Positions 58,630 through 64,000 of a stretch of 64,000 nt of DNA are shown in pieces. Within the stretch, counting starts at the first letter, position 1, and every line of letters starts with the position of its first letter. A model generated the notes under the pieces. The model saw only the letters and a program-made list of their open reading frames with translations, ran no database searches and had not been told where the DNA came from. The DNA comes from Deltaproteobacteria bacterium (GTDB lineage: Bacteria; Myxococcota_A; UBA9160; UBA4427). A program made the position numbers and the translations under genes. The stretch is from NCBI GenBank assembly GCA_002719955.1, contig PBFW01000053.1, positions 48 through 64,047 on the forward strand. The letters run 5' to 3'.

Positions 58630-59244
58630 ATGGCTGAAGCGAAGAAGTTGGACGCGCCCACGCTCACGAAAAGCGGCATGGGAATCGTCGATGGAATACC
58701 CCTCGAGATCGCCGACGAGAGCCCGGGTGCGCTGCGGGATGCCGTGCAGCTCCTGCTCGACATGGAGGCCATTCGCCGTGTCAAACATGCCTATTTTCGC
58801 TGCATCGATACCGGCAATTTCGAAGAACTCGCCGACTTGTTCCATCCCGATGTAAAAGTCCATTTCATCGGCGGAACCTATGAATGGAAGCTCGAAGGGC
58901 GCGAGGAATACCTGGCCTCGATCGGCCAGTCCTTTCACACTCGATCCGTCGGTCACCATAACGGCCACCATCCGGAGATTGAGATCCTGAGTCCCACCAG
59001 GGCAACCGGTGTCTGGTACTTGACCGACAATATGTGGGTCATGGATCAGAAATTCTTCACGACGGGTTCAGCGATCTACTGGGATACCTATCTCAAGGTC
59101 GATGGCCGCTGGCTGATCGCAGATTCGAAATACGAGCGTATCTACGAATTGAACGAGCAGCAGAAGGCCGAACCCAGGTTCGACTATCACTACCTGGGCA
59201 AATACGCGAAGCCTCCGGCACCGGGTATCACCGGCGGCGCCTAG
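58630..59244 (+). CDS. NTF2/SnoaL-like protein, bile-acid 7-alpha-dehydratase (BaiE)-like
   Basis: DMEAIRRVKHAYFRCID..HNGHHPEI..ATGVWYLTD..GSAIYWDTY..YERIYE. Confidence 0.85.
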   Translation: MAEAKKLDAPTLTKSGMGIVDGIPLEIADESPGALRDAVQLLLDMEAIRRVKHAYFRCIDTGNFEELADLFHPDVKVHFIGGTYEWKLEGREEYLASIGQSFHTRSVGHHNGHHPEIEILSPTRATGVWYLTDNMWVMDQKFFTTGSAIYWDTYLKVDGRWLIADSKYERIYELNEQQKAEPRFDYHYLGKYAKPPAPGITGGA

Positions 59245-59696
59245 CCCGGCTGGCAATCGAAGACCGGAATATTCCGGTCGGTTCGCGCGCGATAGTCGGC
59301 GAACTCGTGATAGTGCTCGACGCAGATCGGCCAGAGTTCTTCCTTTTCGGCATCATCGACCTGGCGGGCGACGAGTTTCATCCGCTTGCCCATGAATTGG
59401 GCGACGATATTCGGATCGGCCTGGATATTTCTCACCCAGATGGGGGATTTGGGTGCACCGCCCTGGGAGCCGACGATGATCACGCCTTCCTTGTGGGGGA
59501 CGTACATGAGCGGAATCGTGCGCGTCTTGCCCGATTTCGCGCCTTTCATCTCGATTAAGACCACGGGTCGGCCCTGGAATTTGCCCATCAGGCGTCCACC
59601 GGTCAGCTTGTAGACGAAGCTGTTCAGGCCGGAGAAGGGTTTGATGAAACTTCGCAGCTGCTTGAACTCTTTTTCGGTCATCGCGTTTTCGGCCAT
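59241..59696 (-). CDS. Deazaflavin (F420H2)-dependent nitroreductase family protein (Ddn-like)
   Basis: GAKSGKTRTIPL, SQGGAPKSPIWVRNIQADP, YRARTDRNIPV. Confidence 0.9.
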   Translation of the reverse strand: MAENAMTEKEFKQLRSFIKPFSGLNSFVYKLTGGRLMGKFQGRPVVLIEMKGAKSGKTRTIPLMYVPHKEGVIIVGSQGGAPKSPIWVRNIQADPNIVAQFMGKRMKLVARQVDDAEKEELWPICVEHYHEFADYRARTDRNIPVFDCQPG

Positions 59697-59895
59697 GCTG
59701 GGCTCCTTCGGTCTTCGATCGTTGTGGCGTGCGCGTGGCCGCCGGGGGATGGAAGCGGCCCCGATCCGTGGGGTGCGCTCTAGTCTAGCGAGGCGAAGCG
59801 GCAAGTCGGTAGTCCCGGGGTGGCTGAAGGGCAGGGACGCGTGGTCCCGGTCACCGTGCCTATGGCCGCCGAGCGGGTGAAGACCGCCCCGCCTG

Positions 59896-60309
59896 CTAGG
59901 GGCGCATCGATTTCAGTGCGATCGTCGACATGGCCTTCGCGATGATTTCGCCCTCGGGCGTGCGCAGGAGGCCCTCCGCGAAGACGGTCGTCCCCCCCAT
60001 CTTCTCGATCCAGCCCTCGGCGACGACGATGCCCGGATGCGCCGAGCGGTAGAAGGAAACCTTGATGTCGAGAGAGATCGAGACGCGCTCGAAATTGGCC
60101 TTCGCCATGGCCGCGATCGCCATGGCATTATCGATCCAGCCGGTGATGAACCCACCCTGGATGATATCTCCCGAGTGACATTGATTCTTCTTGGCTTCGT
60201 ACTCGGCGACGACCCGGCCCTCTTCCGTGTCGACCTCGATCATTCGAATGAAACCCATCGTCTGCAAGAGTGGGTTATGCGAGGGATCCCAACCTTCTGG
60301 TGTCTGCAT
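59896..60309 (-). CDS. PaaI family thioesterase
   Basis: IIQGGFITGWIDNAM, SLDIKVSFY hotdog fold. Confidence 0.85.
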   Translation of the reverse strand: MQTPEGWDPSHNPLLQTMGFIRMIEVDTEEGRVVAEYEAKKNQCHSGDIIQGGFITGWIDNAMAIAAMAKANFERVSISLDIKVSFYRSAHPGIVVAEGWIEKMGGTTVFAEGLLRTPEGEIIAKAMSTIALKSMRP

Positions 60310-60320
60310 TTCTATTCGCC

Positions 60321-61268
60321 TCAGGGATGTAGTCGGCGCCGAAGGATCTGCACAATCTCGTCCGTATTTCGCCTGGTTGGTTCGGCCTGCGGTAGAAACG
60401 CGGAGCCGTGGAATGTTCCGGCGTAGTTGTGAAGCTCGACCGAGACGCCGGCCTCGAGCATCCCCATCGCATAGCGAATCCCCTCGTCCCGCAATGGATC
60501 GAATTCCATCGTCGAGATGTAGGCGGGCGGAAGTCCCGAGAGATCCTCGGCTCGAGAAGGGGCCGCGTAGATGGAGGGCTCTCCCTCATGATCCGGGCCC
60601 AGATAATGTTGCCAGCTGTAGACCGCATTCGGTCGATTCCAGAAGGGCGTATCTTGGAAGGCGAGCATCGAGGGCGTGTCGAGCCGGTCGTCGAGCTCTG
60701 GAATCTCGAGCAGCTGGTAAGAGATCGCGGGTCCACCCTTGTCCCGTGCCATCAAGGCGAGTCCCGCGGCGAGTCCACCCCCGGCGCTCTGGCCTCCGAT
60801 CGCGATCCGCTCGGGGTCGACGCCTAGCTCTGCGGCGTGCGCGTGCAGCCAGGACAGCGCGGCATAGCAATCTTCGATGCCCGCTGGAAAGGGAGCCTCC
60901 GGCGCGAGCCGATATTCGACGCTCACCACGACCGCGTCGACCTTCGCGGCGATCATTTCGCACCAACCATCCATCATCTCCACATTGCCCAGGATGAAGC
61001 CGCCGCCGTGGATCTCGAGAAAACCCGGTCGTGGCCCATCAGCGCCGTTTTTGGGGCGGTAGATCCGGATCGCAATTTCGGGGGCATCGCCGAGCCCCGC
61101 GATCCCCCGCTCCTCCGTAGCGACATCGTCGCGCGGCGGGGCGGATACGAAAGTGTCGTCGCGCATCGCCCGCACCGCCTGGATCTTCTCGACCGTCGAA
61201 TAGTCCTGGACGGTGGGGAGTTCGGGAAGGAAGGGGATGAAGTCCTTGTCGAATGCGTAGTCGGCCAT
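60321..61268 (-). CDS. Alpha/beta hydrolase (HSL-family esterase)
   Basis: HGGGF, YRLAPE, GQSAGG, FDPLRDEG, FHG. Confidence 0.93.
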   Translation of the reverse strand: MADYAFDKDFIPFLPELPTVQDYSTVEKIQAVRAMRDDTFVSAPPRDDVATEERGIAGLGDAPEIAIRIYRPKNGADGPRPGFLEIHGGGFILGNVEMMDGWCEMIAAKVDAVVVSVEYRLAPEAPFPAGIEDCYAALSWLHAHAAELGVDPERIAIGGQSAGGGLAAGLALMARDKGGPAISYQLLEIPELDDRLDTPSMLAFQDTPFWNRPNAVYSWQHYLGPDHEGEPSIYAAPSRAEDLSGLPPAYISTMEFDPLRDEGIRYAMGMLEAGVSVELHNYAGTFHGSAFLPQAEPTRRNTDEIVQILRRRLHP

Positions 61269-61383
61269 GGGCCGACGATAGCAAGGGACTCTCGACTGCC
61301 ACGGGTCTGGCGGGCCGCCCGCCCATTCGTTTTTCGGGACGGTCGCCGAGTGGGGCGGTGGTTACCCCGGGTGGGGCACGGAT

Positions 61384-62505
61384 TCATCCCGCGAAGGGCG
61401 TGGTGCTGATCTTGTCGACCGAAACGCGAGGCCGCGGAGGCGGCGAGTCGGCACCGACCCAGCGAAGTGCGAGGGCGCCGCGCCGATGTCCCGCGGTATC
61501 GAGCCAGTTCGGCCGTCCAGGATCCCGTGCTGAGATCGAGATTCGGACTTTCCCGTCTTTTTCGAGGACGGCCGTCTCGTGGTTCACGTGGGTGTCATAG
61601 TGGTGATAGTCGAAGGATTCGAGCCAATGGTTCCCGATCTGCAGATTCCAGTAGTCGAATCGCTCGGGGGGTTCGAGCACGACGCTGTAGACCTCGTCGT
61701 CCGCGAGTTCCCAATAGCTGTAATGATAGGTCGTGTTCGGGTCGCCCTGGGCGGTGGCCAGGAATTTCGGGTCGATCTCGCGAATCTCGAAGGGGTGTTC
61801 CTGGAAGGAGGCGGTCCATGCGAGGAATTGGCCGACGATGCCGCTGACCATGAGGCCTACGCGATCGACGGTCTGGACGAAATTCGCCGGATCGAGTGGG
61901 GCGGGTCGCTCTCCAGCATCGACGCGGGCGAGTTCGAGCGAAGCCGGCTTCTCTTCGCGTCGCCGTAGGACCGTCTGGCGAATGCTCAGCGAATTGGTCT
62001 GATCGCCCATCGGGAGCCAATTGCCCGGTTGCTCCTCGCGGCTGATCAGGAGTTCGAAGCGGCCCTGCTCCATTTCGAGCTCGTTGGTGGTGACATAATG
62101 ATCTCGAACCAGGCCGGTGGGCGTGCCGAGCGCGCCGGAGAAGGCACCGATTCCGAGCAGGGCCACGTCGTTCATGCGCCCCGTCAATTTGTAGACGTAT
62201 CTGGGCGAGAGGCGCGCGCTCGCGTAGACGTAGTCGGGGTTGTCGAGGCCGATCTTGGGGCTGGTGGTCGAGAGGACCGATTTGGCCGGGTCGGATTCGT
62301 CGAGGCTCGATCTGAGGAAATGGCTGGTGATCCGTGCGAGGTAGCGATATCCCTCGGCGCGATCGAAGTCGTCGCTCGGTGCCGCCGCGAGGATCTCGTC
62401 CCCCGCCTCTTTCAGGGTGTCACAGAAATCCCGCCAGGCTTGTCCGCTGGCAAGCCGCTCATCGACCTCTCCCGCCGATCCATCGTCCGACCTGTTCCCC
62501 GACAT
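61384..62505 (-). CDS. DUF1214 domain protein
   Basis: AW.DFCD.LK, AEGYRYLAR, GLDNPD, N.WLESFDY, DPG.PNWLDTAGH. Confidence 0.82.
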   Translation of the reverse strand: MSGNRSDDGSAGEVDERLASGQAWRDFCDTLKEAGDEILAAAPSDDFDRAEGYRYLARITSHFLRSSLDESDPAKSVLSTTSPKIGLDNPDYVYASARLSPRYVYKLTGRMNDVALLGIGAFSGALGTPTGLVRDHYVTTNELEMEQGRFELLISREEQPGNWLPMGDQTNSLSIRQTVLRRREEKPASLELARVDAGERPAPLDPANFVQTVDRVGLMVSGIVGQFLAWTASFQEHPFEIREIDPKFLATAQGDPNTTYHYSYWELADDEVYSVVLEPPERFDYWNLQIGNHWLESFDYHHYDTHVNHETAVLEKDGKVRISISARDPGRPNWLDTAGHRRGALALRWVGADSPPPRPRVSVDKISTTPFAG

Positions 62506-62546
62506 TGCTTGAATGCTCCTCGGTCCGCGCGGTGGGCAAGCCCCGG

Positions 62547-63761
62547 TCAAAGCGCTTCGTAGAACGCCTTCAGAACCGCGAACCCGGTCGGCCCGCCAAC
62601 GAGGCCCATACTCATCTTGTTCATGACATAGCCGAAACCGACGCCCGCGTCCGGGTCGGCCATGCCGATCGAGCCCCCGGCCCCCGGATGGCCGAAGGCG
62701 CTCTTGTTCGGAGAAAGCGGCATGAAGTCGCTCCGGAGCATGAAGCCGAGGCCGTATCGCATGGGCAGCTGTCCCAGCGTGGCATCCGGGCCCTCCGCCT
62801 CTTCGGTTCGTGCGCGCGCGATCGAGTCCGGTTCGAGTAGCCGCACGCCGTCGACCTCGCCGCCGCAGGCGAGGGCGCCGTAGATCCGAGCGAGCGCTCT
62901 CGCGTTGCCATGACCATTGGCCGCCGGGATCTCCGCCTGACGCCATTGCGGCGAGTTGTGCGCGCCGGCCCTGATCCTCGGGTTGTTGAAGGCTGCCCCG
63001 GTCATCGTCGTCGGGTCCGCCATGTCTCGCATGAAGTCGCCGAGGGGGCCCTTGATCCGCGCGATCGGTTGTCCCTCCTTTGCCGGCGCCGTCGAGCGCG
63101 GTGGGGCGATGCTGCCGATCAGGTCGGAAACCCGTGCGTGCGCTTCGCTGGGGAGTCCGATGTGAAAATCTGCGCCCAGGGGCTGGGCGACATCCTCACG
63201 AAAAAGCTGACCGACGCTCTTGCCGGCCACTCGCCGGATGACCTCGCCCACGAGGAAGCCGTAGGTCACCGGGTGATAGCCGTGCTTCGATCCGGGCTTC
63301 CACCAGGGTTCGGTCTCGGCGAGCGCTTCACACATCGCGTTCCAGTCGTAGAGCGCCTCGGGGGGCAACGTCTTGCGAATCGCGGGGAGGCCCACCTGAT
63401 GACTCAGGAGCCAGCGAACGGGGACCTCCCCCTTGCCCGCCTGGGCGAACTCGGGCCAATAGCGCGCGACCGGAGCGTCGAGATCGATGCGTCCCTGCTC
63501 GACTAGGCGATGGGCGATGAGCGCAGTCATGCCCTTGGTCGTCGAGTAGGTATTGGCGATCGTATCGCGCTCCCATTCGTGGGCGTGACCCTCCGACGGT
63601 TTCGCGGTGTAGCCGCCCCAGAGGTCCACGACCGATTCTCCGTTCAGGGTGAAGGCAATCGATGCGCCCACCTCGTCGCTCGCGAGTTTGTCGGAGAAGA
63701 CCCCTCGGACCTCCGAGAAACGTGGGTCGCAATATCCGTGGAGGGGGACGGCAGGCTTCAA
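62547..63761 (-). CDS. Serine hydrolase, beta-lactamase-related esterase
   Basis: STTK (SxxK), LLSHQVGL, HGYH, FGHPGAGG. Confidence 0.92.
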   Translation of the reverse strand: MKPAVPLHGYCDPRFSEVRGVFSDKLASDEVGASIAFTLNGESVVDLWGGYTAKPSEGHAHEWERDTIANTYSTTKGMTALIAHRLVEQGRIDLDAPVARYWPEFAQAGKGEVPVRWLLSHQVGLPAIRKTLPPEALYDWNAMCEALAETEPWWKPGSKHGYHPVTYGFLVGEVIRRVAGKSVGQLFREDVAQPLGADFHIGLPSEAHARVSDLIGSIAPPRSTAPAKEGQPIARIKGPLGDFMRDMADPTTMTGAAFNNPRIRAGAHNSPQWRQAEIPAANGHGNARALARIYGALACGGEVDGVRLLEPDSIARARTEEAEGPDATLGQLPMRYGLGFMLRSDFMPLSPNKSAFGHPGAGGSIGMADPDAGVGFGYVMNKMSMGLVGGPTGFAVLKAFYEAL

Positions 63762-64000
63762 GTTCGTTCTCCGCCGGGCTGGGGGGCGACCAATCGGGAC
63801 CGAGTCGTCGCCGGGAAGAGATGGGCTCGGTCGATCGCATCCGGACCATCGGCCAGAGGTCGAAAGGAGAGGTCGGCGGTGAGCATCCCGGGCATCGCTC
63901 AGGAGTCTAACCCGTCCGAGCGCATTGACGGGTCGACGATGGGGACATCGGGTGGGGCCGATCGTATCCTCGCGGCGGCGCGAGGCCGGCGCCGGCGCAG

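Noticed and set aside
62547-63761. Beta-lactamase resistance gene
   Set aside because: Motifs (LLSHQ.GL, FGHPGAGG), the lack of a signal peptide and the catabolic context point to a family VIII-type esterase
63910-63933. Inverted repeat ACCCGTC-N10-GACGGGT preceded by GTCTAAC
   Set aside because: Short and GC-rich, with no U-tract or matching attC core within the window; not distinguishable from chance
1-64000. CRISPR arrays, prophage, transposases, defence systems
   Set aside because: No regularly spaced repeats or recognisable hallmark genes seen on either strand

Overview
GC-rich bacterial chromosomal segment with about 60 genes. It is dominated by lipid, steroid and aromatic catabolism enzymes: family III CoA-transferases, crotonases, SDRs, an acyl-CoA ligase, four LLM and one Ddn-type F420-dependent oxidoreductases, NTF2/SnoaL proteins and esterases. 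Housekeeping genes include gpmI, an ABC-F ATPase, a DEAD-box helicase, and MATE and MFS transporters. Gene content suggests a diderm, deltaproteobacterial/Myxococcota-like heterotroph (inference). No rRNA, tRNA, CRISPR array, integrase or transposase was seen. Highlights: (1) an uncharacterised three-gene module (beta-barrel-like protein, DUF6502 HTH-like protein, exported DUF5666 protein with DGIGGSG repeats) behind a perfect AT-rich palindrome that may be its operator; (2) a non-mobile dihydropteroate synthase with the Sul-type GMGFFLG signature; (3) several decayed genes, one with a frameshift that perfects a quasi-palindrome; (4) enzymes with non-canonical catalytic residues; (5) an orphan bfd behind a Fur-like box. 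All product calls come from motif recognition by eye, not database searches. Many start codons were moved downstream of the ORF-track start on RBS and homology grounds.
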